Notes: generated by a model from the sequence alone, not told the origin. A DNA stretch of 64,000 nt from Candidatus Hermodarchaeota archaeon (GCA_016839805.1 JAEOTO010000032.1:128001-192000), one strand, 5' to 3'; counted from the first letter of the stretch, positions 47,660-58,062 are shown. Program-made: numbers and translations.

Positions 47660-50515
47660 GTGTCTAAGTTTGATGTAAAGCCAACACGACAGCCTACAAA
47701 TCCACTGACTCTAGTCTTAATCGTAATTATTATTCTCGTAAGTTGGCAGATTTCAACTTTCTTTTTACCCACCAAAGGACCATTGGATATCATCAGTACT
47801 TGGTTATCAGTAACTGGCGCACAGTTAACCGAACTGATAGTTCTATTTTTTCCCCTGATATTAGTTTGTTTTATCATTTCAACTGCTGCAATTTTCCTTT
47901 TCTTTCGTCTCATCGTACTCCAAAAATGGAGGAAGTTTCTTCTCTCATTGAATATATCTTCAAATGAAACCATCCACGAGTTTCAAAATTTTCAGTTGAG
48001 CGGTCTTGAAGTAAAAAGCCTCCCATACGTGCGATCGATATTTGATTCCCCTCAGACAAGTGACACTTTCTTTACCGGTAATATTGATAACCCACAAAAA
48101 TTTGTGCATTGGATTGCATTGCATAATGAGTTAAGAGAAGCCAGTTTCGAGGTTAACATTGACTCCGAGATAAAAGTCAGGTTTTGGGTTCCGCAAAACC
48201 AAGAAAAAAACGACCTTGATATCTTATGTTCAAGCCTTCAAACAAATAATAGTAATCTAGAATTTGATCCAACACCATATCACGCAATAATAGGGATATT
48301 CGGCTCCCATCCAAATAGCGTATCACTTCGATCAAAGTATGTTAAATTTAATAACGAGTGCATTTCAATCATTTTTATCAAGGGAATTCCTAGAGCTTCT
48401 TTTGAAGGGACTCAGATAGATCGTTTAATTCATGCTCTTCTCGAAAGGGAGCTACGTGCTAGTTTTGTCGTGAATTTCATATCTTCAAAAAAAATCCCTA
48501 AAGATAATTGTGGCAAATCCACCCAAGCAAATCCAGGATTATCAAATGGAATTTCTGTAAGTTTCAACCGTAAAAATGATGGAGAAGAAACTACTTTTGG
48601 ATTCTGGGAGACTTCATCTTACTTGATCGTAAGAAGCACAGACGAAGACAAACATTTAACGAAGGTAAAAAGTGCTAAAATTATTCTAGAAACAATATTT
48701 CTAAACCCTTCTGATCCTATAGAAACGAAAATCCTAAAGGGATATCAACTTCAACTTGCCCTTCCAAAGGTATTACGGCGAACGAGTATTGGTAAAACAG
48801 GTCTTTTATCTAGTCGTCAGCTTTCGTTTTTAGTCCAATTTCCTCAAGAAGCCCAACCAGGATATGTTCGTAAATATTCAACGATTTTTGAGATACCCCC
48901 TCAAAGAGAAACGGATATAGAACTTTTTCAGGTTTTAAAGGGAGATCGAAAATTGTACACGGCTGGTGTAGATCTTTCACATTTTATGACACACATGGTT
49001 GTCGCTGGTCAAACTGGCAAGGGAAAAACCCGTTTCGTAGGAAACCTAATTCAACAAATAAAAAAATGCAAGGATATTGGCATCACAATTTTTGATTGGA
49101 AAGGAGAATACCAAGAATTATTACACACCGTATATGAAATTGGTCGTGAATCCTGTCCTCTGAAAATTAATCTATTTGAAACACACGGTTTAGACAATAT
49201 CGAGCAGTATGTTCAAACACTAGTAGCTCTTTTCAGAGAATTATTACGAACTGAGACAGAAAACAATCTGTCCAGTCAGATGGAGCGAATATTGAGAGAA
49301 TCGTTAATTGAATATTTGAGACATAGCTCCGGTAGTTATGAAGGCTACGAGAAGTTCCTATCAGCGTGGATTACAAAAAACCGCAGGCGTTTTTCAAATC
49401 CTGAGTCATCAACTGCAGGCCTAATTAATCGATTTGGGACGTTATTCAGAGGTCGGTTAGGTTTTGTATTCAATACACCAGCAACAACGATTGATTTAGA
49501 ATCGCTTCTTCAGGATCAAGTCTGCTTCGACCTTTCTAATCTAGCAGCCTACAACAAGGATGACGCCCGATTATTTTTGAACGTTTTACTTATGATAATC
49601 AGAACATATCTTTTTCAAAGATTTAGTGATCGCCTAAGATATCTCGTAATTGCCGAAGAGGCGCAGTATCTTGTTCCTGAAGTCTTTACTAAACGAAGCA
49701 CAGCTGACGCGAGTCCAATTGAAGACATAACACTATTTCAACGAGCTTATGGAGCAGGCTTAATTGCAGTTACTACCAGACCCAACCTCATCAGCCGTAA
49801 TATTTTAGCTAATAGTGGAACGAAAATCTTCTTTCAATGCCCCTTAGATTCAAATCTAGTTGGGGAAATAATTAACCTCACACCCGATCAACGGCAATTC
49901 CTTTCATTAATGCCAGACCGTGTTCTCATTGCTCATCTACCATGGTTTGAGCATCCCTTTAAGGGGAAAACAACACCTTTCGAATTCTCTAATCCCCGAA
50001 CTAATGAAGCAAAAAAGATTTATGAAAAACCAGTTTCACAAAACGATCACAAGTTAAAAAAACATGAGTTCAGCCCTACCCATCAAATCAGCCACCTCCA
50101 TCCCATAGAGAGGCATTTCATAGATACAGTCTGCACTGTCCTCTACAAGCAGCAAATCCTCCATCGAGTTTGTAAAATCAACTCACAAATATTAATTGAC
50201 ATTCCCCGTCAAAAAATATTGATTTTCTTTATCGAAAATCTCGATCAACTAACCCAATTAAATCTTTCAACACTATCGTACAACGCATCAGCAATCATTC
50301 TCTTTTGCCCACCTTTAACAAAGACCAAAATTCAAAATGAATTAATTGACAAAATTACTAATTATGAAGCCACCACTAAGATCCTACCTAAGATACACCT
50401 TGCATCGTTGACGCGCATAGAAGTTGAAAAAGTGATTCAAAATCTTGCAACAGGAAAATTACACCAATATTTAATACAGATCCCTTTGAATACTCAAAAT
50501 CAGGTACTACCATAG
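47660..50515 (+). CDS. Membrane-anchored HerA/VirB4/FtsK-superfamily ATPase
   Basis: Two N-terminal TMs, HMVVAGQTGKGKT, FDWKGEY, INLF, AEEAQ, RAYG..TTRP, NSGTKIFF. Confidence 0.85.
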   Translation: MSKFDVKPTRQPTNPLTLVLIVIIILVSWQISTFFLPTKGPLDIISTWLSVTGAQLTELIVLFFPLILVCFIISTAAIFLFFRLIVLQKWRKFLLSLNISSNETIHEFQNFQLSGLEVKSLPYVRSIFDSPQTSDTFFTGNIDNPQKFVHWIALHNELREASFEVNIDSEIKVRFWVPQNQEKNDLDILCSSLQTNNSNLEFDPTPYHAIIGIFGSHPNSVSLRSKYVKFNNECISIIFIKGIPRASFEGTQIDRLIHALLERELRASFVVNFISSKKIPKDNCGKSTQANPGLSNGISVSFNRKNDGEETTFGFWETSSYLIVRSTDEDKHLTKVKSAKIILETIFLNPSDPIETKILKGYQLQLALPKVLRRTSIGKTGLLSSRQLSFLVQFPQEAQPGYVRKYSTIFEIPPQRETDIELFQVLKGDRKLYTAGVDLSHFMTHMVVAGQTGKGKTRFVGNLIQQIKKCKDIGITIFDWKGEYQELLHTVYEIGRESCPLKINLFETHGLDNIEQYVQTLVALFRELLRTETENNLSSQMERILRESLIEYLRHSSGSYEGYEKFLSAWITKNRRRFSNPESSTAGLINRFGTLFRGRLGFVFNTPATTIDLESLLQDQVCFDLSNLAAYNKDDARLFLNVLLMIIRTYLFQRFSDRLRYLVIAEEAQYLVPEVFTKRSTADASPIEDITLFQRAYGAGLIAVTTRPNLISRNILANSGTKIFFQCPLDSNLVGEIINLTPDQRQFLSLMPDRVLIAHLPWFEHPFKGKTTPFEFSNPRTNEAKKIYEKPVSQNDHKLKKHEFSPTHQISHLHPIERHFIDTVCTVLYKQQILHRVCKINSQILIDIPRQKILIFFIENLDQLTQLNLSTLSYNASAIILFCPPLTKTKIQNELIDKITNYEATTKILPKIHLASLTRIEVEKVIQNLATGKLHQYLIQIPLNTQNQVLP

Positions 50516-50569
50516 CTTTGCGAATGTAATTGATGGGTTTTAATTTAAATTTCGAAGTAAAACCATGTA

Positions 50570-52252
50570 ATGAAGAAAAATGCAACAATACTTCTGATAA
50601 TGGCCATTCTGCTACCTCTGATATGTACTCCATTTTTGAATATAGTAGTCACTCAGGATTGCTTTGTTCAAATTGTTTCAGTTAGTCTAAATCAAACATC
50701 TCTTCAAATTGGAGAAAAACTTGAGGTTAATCTCGTCTATGATTTATATTTTGACCCTTTAGACCCTCTAGGAATAGGATCAGTTAGTGTCACAATAGGA
50801 ATTCAAGGGGTAAGCATTCCTCTGATACAATCAGAATTTACCGATGTTGGAATCGCCATAAATAAAGTAGTTATTTTAGATATCTCTCCAATAACGTGGG
50901 CGCCTAATGAAACCGGACAGGTTGGAAGAGTTCAAGTAGAGGGGTGGGTGCAAGATTCCGTTGGATCGATGACTGATAATGTAGAACAGCAATTCAGCGT
51001 TCAGCAGAGTAATCTCATCTGTGCGATGGCATCAATACCATCTCAAATTTCCTTTCATGATGTTTTCAACCTAACCGGATCTCTGCAAAACCCGAATAAT
51101 ACTTCGCTACCAATTCCCAATCATCCTCTCCAAATATCGGTATTACAGAATGACCAATTAATTCATTCTTGGAATCAAACCACTATACACCCATCTAATT
51201 TTTCACAAACTATCAATACAACACTCATCGGTACTGGACCTTTCAATTGTAATGTAACTGCATCGGAAAGCGATGATTATATCCCAACTGGTACACTCCT
51301 TTCATTCACAATACTAAAGGCAAATATAACGCTCTCAGTCACAACGAATGCTACTGTGGTTCAAGCCTATTACCCTTCAACAAATAACCATTCTCTATTC
51401 GTTTCCGTTCATCTCAACTGCCAATCAGCTAACCATAGTTTTGAAGAGGCTAATGTAACCTGTAGTTTAAGAAATGTTGACACAACAATGGACTATTCTG
51501 ATCTAAACCACTTTTCTACAGTGATAGAAGCCCCCTCTAACCCGGGTAACTATTCTATAACAATTACAGCTCTTACACCCAATCACAATACCATTAATAC
51601 TTCAGTACCCATCCGTGTAGTATCTCGTGATCCCCTAGTCTACTTAGAATCTAATAGATCAGCGGCAGCATATGATGATATTATAGAATTAACAGTAAAC
51701 GTTCTTGATGAAAACTCACAAGAACCAGTAGCGAACAAGACATGCTCTATTTATCTCTTTAATCAATCAGTTTGGAACTTACTAACACAACTAATCCTAG
51801 ATCAGGAAGGAACAGCAAAAATTTCGTGGCTCGCTCAAAACGTCGGTGACCAAGATTTCAGATTCAAAGCCGTCTTTCACGGTGAACCTGAATTTACAAC
51901 CAAAGAAACTGAACTGACCATTACAAATACACGTGAATTCCGGATAATACTAAAATCTACCATTGACATAATTAGACAGACAAACATCTTTTACCTAATA
52001 CAAATTACTGACAAGGATCACCAGCCTTTAACTAACGTTAATTTCACATTAATTGAACAAGCTACAAATTCATCATGGTCTACAGCCTTATCTAACACAT
52101 CCGGCTATGCCACCTTAACATGGTATCTAGCAAGCGACTACGCACTTGGACCCCATGAATTTTCTCTCTTGATTCAAAATGGTTCAATTACACTTGGTGT
52201 AATAGAAGTCATTATGATAGTCTTTGAGCAAACCAAATTAGATTTGGTTTAA
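50570..52252 (+). CDS. Secreted Ig-like repeat surface glycoprotein
   Basis: Signal peptide, beta-rich repeats, about 24 N-X-S/T sequons. Confidence 0.7.
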   Translation: MKKNATILLIMAILLPLICTPFLNIVVTQDCFVQIVSVSLNQTSLQIGEKLEVNLVYDLYFDPLDPLGIGSVSVTIGIQGVSIPLIQSEFTDVGIAINKVVILDISPITWAPNETGQVGRVQVEGWVQDSVGSMTDNVEQQFSVQQSNLICAMASIPSQISFHDVFNLTGSLQNPNNTSLPIPNHPLQISVLQNDQLIHSWNQTTIHPSNFSQTINTTLIGTGPFNCNVTASESDDYIPTGTLLSFTILKANITLSVTTNATVVQAYYPSTNNHSLFVSVHLNCQSANHSFEEANVTCSLRNVDTTMDYSDLNHFSTVIEAPSNPGNYSITITALTPNHNTINTSVPIRVVSRDPLVYLESNRSAAAYDDIIELTVNVLDENSQEPVANKTCSIYLFNQSVWNLLTQLILDQEGTAKISWLAQNVGDQDFRFKAVFHGEPEFTTKETELTITNTREFRIILKSTIDIIRQTNIFYLIQITDKDHQPLTNVNFTLIEQATNSSWSTALSNTSGYATLTWYLASDYALGPHEFSLLIQNGSITLGVIEVIMIVFEQTKLDLV

Positions 52253-52371
52253 TCTAAAATCAATGGGAAGAACAGTATCAGTGAAATTAGGGAAAATCAG
52301 AAGTATTTTTTAAATTATAAACTAACAACCAACCAGGTCTGATTAGGATTGAATTACTGGAGCCACCATTA

Positions 52372-54475
52372 TTGACCAAAAATCAACGCTTCGAAGAATT
52401 ATCTCGACTCATGAAGAATCCTGATAATATTCGTAATATTGGAATCATTGCGCACATAGATCATGGAAAAACTACTCTCACTGACTCATTACTTGCGAAC
52501 GCCGGAATGCTCTCATCAAATCTTGTAGGCCAAGCTAGGGCATTAGATTTCTTGGAAGAAGAGCAACGAAGGGGAAACGTCTTAGCGGTAACTCGCAGAT
52601 GCCCCAATAACCATAAAATCAGCTAACATCTCTCTTCTCCATGATTACCAAGGAAGACAGTACGTAGTTAATCTAGTAGATACTCCTGGTCACGTTGACT
52701 TTAGTGGTAAAGTTACTCGGGCCATGCGCGCTATTGACGGTGCAATTGTTGTTGTAGATGCCGTAGAGGGTGTGATGGCGCAAACAGAAAGTGTGATTAG
52801 ATCAGCAATTCGAGAGGCAGTAAAACCCGTTTTATTCATTAACAAGATAGATCGCCTCATCCGTGAATTGAAACTTTCAGCGAATCAAGTACAAGAAAGA
52901 TTCATAAAAATAATCCAAGATGTAAACACCTTCATTTCGGCTTTCTTAGAAGTCTATGATGATTCAGATTGGTCTGTTAGCCCAGATGACAATACTGTAG
53001 CTTTTGGTTCAGCACTTCACCGATGGGCATTTACGGTAAAACAAATGCAACAGGCGGATCTTCAGTTTCAAAACATCATCGAGTATTATCAAAATCAGAC
53101 AATTGAAGATTTAAGCAAAAAACTTCCCATACACAAACCAATCCTGAATATGATACTCGAGCAGCTTCCATCTCCAAAGAAGGCACAACCATACCGTACT
53201 AATCGGATTTGGAGAGGTGAATCGGAATCGCCTGCGGGATTAGCGCTTCAGCAATGTGATCCGGACAATTCTCTAATCATAGGAATAACCAAAATTATTA
53301 CAAAATCAAAACATGGTATAGTCGCAGTAGGTCGGCTTTTTTCAGGGACTATCCGAAGAGGATCTCAAATCAGAATCTTTCCAAATGACACACTTTACAG
53401 AACTCAACGTGTTACACTTTTTATGGGGTCTCGACAAGTAGTTGTACCTTCCTTAACTGCAGGCAACATTTGTGGGATAACAGGCATTGAAAATCCGCAA
53501 GCTGGAGATACTATTACTGGACAAAATGTCCCTCGAGGGATGGTACCCTTTGAGGAAATAACATATATCAACGAGCCCGTTGTAACCATTGCAGTAGAAC
53601 CGAAACGCCCGAGAGAACTTCCTCGATTACTTTCGTTTCTTGAAATCGTAACCAAAGCTGACCCAAATCTAATATCTTCTGTTAATGAACAAACTGGAGA
53701 GAATTTACTTTCTGGTCTAGGACTTTTGCATTTAGAGATTGCATTAAAAGATATTGAAGAATTAGGAGTTCAAGTTGAAGCATCAGATCCAATCGTGCTT
53801 TACCGTGAGACTCCAAAAACTAACGTCACACTGCATGAATGGCACCTAAGCCCGAATGGGGAAAATGCTATTAAATTATCAATACACCCAAGGTCTATTA
53901 AACCAGTACAAGTCGATGTCTGGCAGCAAGATCCAAAGGGTAATGCTCTTCTGAATCTATCCCCTGTATTAGTACCTGAATCAGCAAAAAAATCAATTAT
54001 TTCGGGATTTCACTGGGCCATGGAAAGGGGACCTCTTTGTGCTGAACCTGTAGGCCAAACACTCATTAGAATCCTGAACCTCAAGCTCAGCGAAAATATT
54101 ACTTATCGAGGAAAGGTTGAGCTTATGTCAATGGTAAAAGAGGCAATTTTCGCAGCTTTTGAAACTGCAGAAATGACTCTGCTAGAACCCATCTACTCAG
54201 TTCAAGTAACAATTCCCTCTGAATATCTTAAAGAAGTGACAGGAGCGATATCCTCAAGAAGAGGACAAATAGAAAATGTTGAACAAAAAGTTTCATTGAT
54301 TTCAGTTTCAGGAATTTTGCCAGTCAGTGAGTCATTTGATTTAGCCGATGATTTTCGATCAAAAACATCAGGAAAAGCGATTTGGCAAACCAGATTTGCC
54401 CGGTGGAAGATTGTGCCTGACCAAAGAGTAGGGCCAATAATAACTAGTATAAGGAAAAGAAGGGGATTAGCTTGA
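52372..54475 (+). CDS. EF-2 paralogue (aEF-2p-like), 690 aa after splicing: join(52372..52576,52608..54475)
   Basis: [15 protein letters not shown]; spliced [24 protein letters not shown]; [24 protein letters not shown]; the diphthamide HRG motif reads YRG. Confidence 0.9.
52577..52607 (+). other. 31-nt BHB-type (tRNA-like) intron in the EF-2 paralogue mRNA
   Basis: GGGG-AA|A-CGTCT..AGATG-CCCC-AA|T: 4-bp central helix, two 3-nt bulges and a paired inner stem; excision restores GGA ATA ACC (G-I-T) in frame. Confidence 0.85.
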
Positions 54476-54488
54476 GGGGGGATTAGAT

Positions 54489-54986
54489 ATCATACTCCGA
54501 ATTGCCGTGATTGGTAGCAGTGGAAAAATCTCAGACAAAATTAGAAATATTGCAGAAGAGGTTGGACAAGAGATTGCCCGCAGAGGAGCCATTTTAATAA
54601 CTGGTGGAAGAGATGGAGTCATGGAAGCTGCATCTCAAGGAGCTAAAAACGCGAATGGTCTAACAATTGGAATTTTACCAGAACATAATGAATCTAAAGT
54701 AAATCCCCATGTCGATGTGGCAATACCTACAGGTATTGCTTTTGCTAGAAATTACATCAATGTAGTTGCAAGTGACGCTATAATAAGCCTTGCTGGTTCG
54801 GGTGGTACGTTAAGTGAAATTGGTTTCGCTATTGCCCTATTGAAACCACTCATTCTAGTTAAGGGAACAGGCGGAGTTACTGATTTAATAGCGCAACATC
54901 ATGAGTTGTTTCCTGAAGCCAATATCCATATTGCGGAAACCGGTTTATTGGCTGTTAATCTAGTTTTTAGTCATTATTCTAATTAG
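54489..54986 (+). CDS. LOG-family protein (TIGR00725-like); start probably upstream of GTG 54507
   Basis: RIAVIG, TGGRDGVMEA, TIGILP, RNYINV, GSGGTLSEI. Confidence 0.85.
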   Translation: MILRIAVIGSSGKISDKIRNIAEEVGQEIARRGAILITGGRDGVMEAASQGAKNANGLTIGILPEHNESKVNPHVDVAIPTGIAFARNYINVVASDAIISLAGSGGTLSEIGFAIALLKPLILVKGTGGVTDLIAQHHELFPEANIHIAETGLLAVNLVFSHYSN

Positions 54987-55004
54987 GGGAAACAGCCTTC
55001 CAAA

Positions 55005-55256
55005 TCAGCCAAGAATGACTTGCCAAGGAGGATTAAAAGCCAACCACTGCATTGCAATAAAAAGGATTACCCCTCCGATTACCATATTTTTCCCCTTTTT
55101 TGGATCGATACCAGAAAACCAGTATATAAAGCCAATAGCAATCAACAATGCTGCAGCAAAGGTTCCGATTAAAATTACGATTCCCCAACCGGTAATGAGA
55201 TAATAGGTTAATTGTTCAAGAAGTTGTTGAAGAGGAAGCTGCGACCCTTGAAAAAT
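55005..55256 (-). CDS. Unlisted ~83-aa VirB2/TrbC-like (Ced/Ted-type) pilin-like membrane protein
   Basis: IFQGSQLPLQQLLEQLTYYLITGWGIVILIGTFAAALLIAIGFIYWFSGIDPKKGKNMVIGGVILFIAMQWLAFNPPWQVILG*; two TMs linked by a basic loop; no ATG/GTG/TTG ahead of the first TM. Confidence 0.65.
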   Translation of the reverse strand: MFQGSQLPLQQLLEQLTYYLITGWGIVILIGTFAAALLIAIGFIYWFSGIDPKKGKNMVIGGVILFIAMQWLAFNPPWQVILG

Positions 55257-55369
55257 TAACGTTTTATTCCACCCAACCTTCTTTTTAGAAGTAGATACAA
55301 AAACTCCAAAAATTGCTTTCAGATACTAACAAGACGGACATTATTATGTACTAATGCCTACATCCAACA

Positions 55370-56485
55370 ATGGTGCATTTGGCAATGTGGAGGATTGGCA
55401 GAAGCGACGCAGTTACTGTATGGTCCAATGAAATCGTAGCAAAGCGTTTAACCAGCTATCGATCCATCATTGACCTTAAACTTCTTGCCCGTTATTTACT
55501 TGCACGGAACTTTTCCGTTGAATTTGAGCCTTCAGAGAGCATCTCAACTCTATGGAAGATTCACAAACAGGCCCAAACTAGATTTCAAAAGGAACTAACC
55601 CAAAATCGAAAAAAGAAACTCAATGAAGAAACCAATTCTTTGCAATCCTTCATGGATCTTAAAGCAGCACTAGCAGATAAGATACTTCATCAATGCCATT
55701 TCTGTGAGCGCAGATGCAATATAGACAGAGAATCTCACCTTGGGTATTGTAACGTTGATCAGTCTAGCTATGTATCTTCAGCGTTCCTACACACCGGCGA
55801 GGAACCACCTCTTGTACCATCAGGCACGATATTTTTCAGTGGATGCAACTTTCGGTGTGCACACTGCCAAAATTATGATATCTCATGTAATCCTAAAAAT
55901 GGAAGCCACGTTTCACCCACGCAATTAACTGCAATAGCCGACGAATTGGTGTCACAAGGAGCAAAAAACATAAACTATGTTGGTGGAGATCCGACGCCAC
56001 ACTTACATACAATCCTTGCATCAATGAAGTTTCAACAATTCAACATCACACAACTTTGGAATTCAAACATGTACCTCTCAATGGAAGCAATGGAACTTCT
56101 GACCGATGTCATCGATTTTTGGCTCCCTGATCTCAAATACTTCTCAGAAAAATGCGCAGAAAGAATCTCTGATGTCACGAATTACACCCAAATCGTAACT
56201 CGAAATATCAAAATGGCTTACGACCAAGGAACCAAGGAAATGATTATCCGTGTTTTAGTGCTTCCTAATCACCTACAATGTTGCGTTTTTCCCATTTTAG
56301 AATGGATAGCTGAAAATACCCCTATGGCACTTGTTAATATCATGGCACAATACCGACCAATGTGGCAGGTTGTCCATAAACCTGAAATCTATGGGGATAT
56401 CTCACGGCGAGTGAAGAGAGAAGAGATGAACCAAGCTCATGACTATGCAAAAAAGTTGGGTTTAGAATTTCGATCAGTTAGTTAA
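55370..56485 (+). CDS. PflX-like radical SAM protein
   Basis: CHFCERRC, HTGEEPPL, SGTIFFSGCNFRCAHCQN, VGGDPTP, WNSNMY, MAQYRP. Confidence 0.9.
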   Translation: MVHLAMWRIGRSDAVTVWSNEIVAKRLTSYRSIIDLKLLARYLLARNFSVEFEPSESISTLWKIHKQAQTRFQKELTQNRKKKLNEETNSLQSFMDLKAALADKILHQCHFCERRCNIDRESHLGYCNVDQSSYVSSAFLHTGEEPPLVPSGTIFFSGCNFRCAHCQNYDISCNPKNGSHVSPTQLTAIADELVSQGAKNINYVGGDPTPHLHTILASMKFQQFNITQLWNSNMYLSMEAMELLTDVIDFWLPDLKYFSEKCAERISDVTNYTQIVTRNIKMAYDQGTKEMIIRVLVLPNHLQCCVFPILEWIAENTPMALVNIMAQYRPMWQVVHKPEIYGDISRRVKREEMNQAHDYAKKLGLEFRSVS

Positions 56486-56550
56486 TTTCTTCCTGAAACG
56501 ATTTTTGTGGGGTTTTTGAACGAAAGCCAACATTCTTCTGATGTAGGCTT

Positions 56551-58062
56551 ATGCGACTTGATTTGGACTTGGTTACTAAGCATTTGAAATGCAGGCCATG
56601 GCGAGAGAATTCTAATACAGCCATATCTTCGCCAGAACAGATACTAGACCATTTGTTGCCACCCATTTTACCAAGGATGGTCAAAGATGATTTTCTTGAA
56701 TTTTTCACTCACAAAATCTATGGAAAACTTGGTTGGCTTCGTAAATGCACTGACCCCTCCTTCACCAAGTTCAAAGTGAAATTTGAACCTGGCGGGTATC
56801 GGGGATTACCTGACTTCATTGATTGGGACGGCCAACTGGACGGACGATTTCTCGAACATATGCTTCCGTTGCTTCAGTCAATAGCACAGTTTGCTTTGAA
56901 CCCCTTAACTGCTGAACAGTTTTGGATGCTAGCAACCGAATTATGCAAGTTTACTAACTTTCCCCTAACTTCTCTTGATATTCGTATTATCAAATCTTTC
57001 AGTCAGATGCCAACGATTACAAACCCAGGGCTCGCTCGATTACTAGGAGTCTCCTATAAGAAAATTCGCAGTCGATGGAACCGTTTACAAAGACTCAATA
57101 TTTGTAGAATCTTGGCAAAGGTAAACTACCGTTTGCTAGGTTTAGTGCCGGTTATTGTCGAGCTACACGATCTTACGAAAACAATCAGGAGTCCCTATCT
57201 AATCGGGTTAACCCAACTTTCAGGCGATTCAAAGAGCGTACTTTACAGTCTAGTTATCCCCGAAGAGAGACTTGGGAGTTTTTCGAAATTCCTTGATTCA
57301 AGTTTAGGAATAACACACACGCTCTTCCTAGCAAAGGATAGGGGACAAACAATTGAATTCACACATTACCAGAGAGATAAAGGTAATTGGAATATTGATT
57401 GGAGGAAACTATTCATCGGTGCACATTTACTCCATAATAGTGAGAATCCAGCTTCTTCATTATACTGGGAAGAGGATATAGAACCCGGGAACCTATATTT
57501 CCTCGATGACAAGGACAAACGACTAATCCCAATACTGATGTCTGATGCTCGCCTTAAATTGGAAAAACTTGCAGATACTGCGGGTATGAGCATTTCTCAG
57601 GCAAGCCGTCGTAAGTCAAGATTAATTGATCTTGGCGTTTTACAAATTGAACCGCTTATTAGACGAGTAGGGCTTATTGAAGATATTATCATCCGCATCA
57701 AAGAACACGATACTCGAATAACAGGAATCTTCGATGAATTACCCCAAGCCTGGAAAAGGCAACTCACTGAATATCGCACAGGAAAGAAGGAAATCTTACT
57801 CTTTGCAACTCTACCAGCTGGTTCTTTTGCACTAATGCGATACTACCTACACAAATATCTCCACACCAAATCAGAAATTTCTATCACAGGCCCTGGGAAT
57901 GGAGGATGGCCATTAACTTTTGATACCTTCGATGCTGAGCAAGGCGGTTGGGTATGGCAGAATCCAACTATCGCTGAAAACTCACAATTTACCACTTTTA
58001 ACGTAGGAACCAAGCAAACCAAACAGAAAACCCCCCAATTAGCTAGAGAGGGGATGTATTAG
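56551..58062 (+). CDS. Protein with two Lrp/AsnC-type wHTH modules
   Basis: LDIRII..LARLLGVSYKKIRSRWNRL and DDKDKRLI..DAR..LADTAGMSISQASRR. Confidence 0.7.
   Translation: MRLDLDLVTKHLKCRPWRENSNTAISSPEQILDHLLPPILPRMVKDDFLEFFTHKIYGKLGWLRKCTDPSFTKFKVKFEPGGYRGLPDFIDWDGQLDGRFLEHMLPLLQSIAQFALNPLTAEQFWMLATELCKFTNFPLTSLDIRIIKSFSQMPTITNPGLARLLGVSYKKIRSRWNRLQRLNICRILAKVNYRLLGLVPVIVELHDLTKTIRSPYLIGLTQLSGDSKSVLYSLVIPEERLGSFSKFLDSSLGITHTLFLAKDRGQTIEFTHYQRDKGNWNIDWRKLFIGAHLLHNSENPASSLYWEEDIEPGNLYFLDDKDKRLIPILMSDARLKLEKLADTAGMSISQASRRKSRLIDLGVLQIEPLIRRVGLIEDIIIRIKEHDTRITGIFDELPQAWKRQLTEYRTGKKEILLFATLPAGSFALMRYYLHKYLHTKSEISITGPGNGGWPLTFDTFDAEQGGWVWQNPTIAENSQFTTFNVGTKQTKQKTPQLAREGMY

Noticed and set aside
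45413-52252. Integrated conjugative element or provirus
   Set aside because: No integrase, relaxase, att repeats or capsid genes; ribosomal protein eS25 sits inside the region.
52372-52626. EF-2 gene as a frameshifted pseudogene or programmed ribosomal frameshift
   Set aside because: The break is a discrete 31-nt insertion with BHB structure, not a 1-nt slip; there is no slippery heptamer and both exons are otherwise intact.
55015-55203. 62-aa + strand ORF
   Set aside because: It is the antisense shadow of the more protein-like minus-strand pilin-like ORF.
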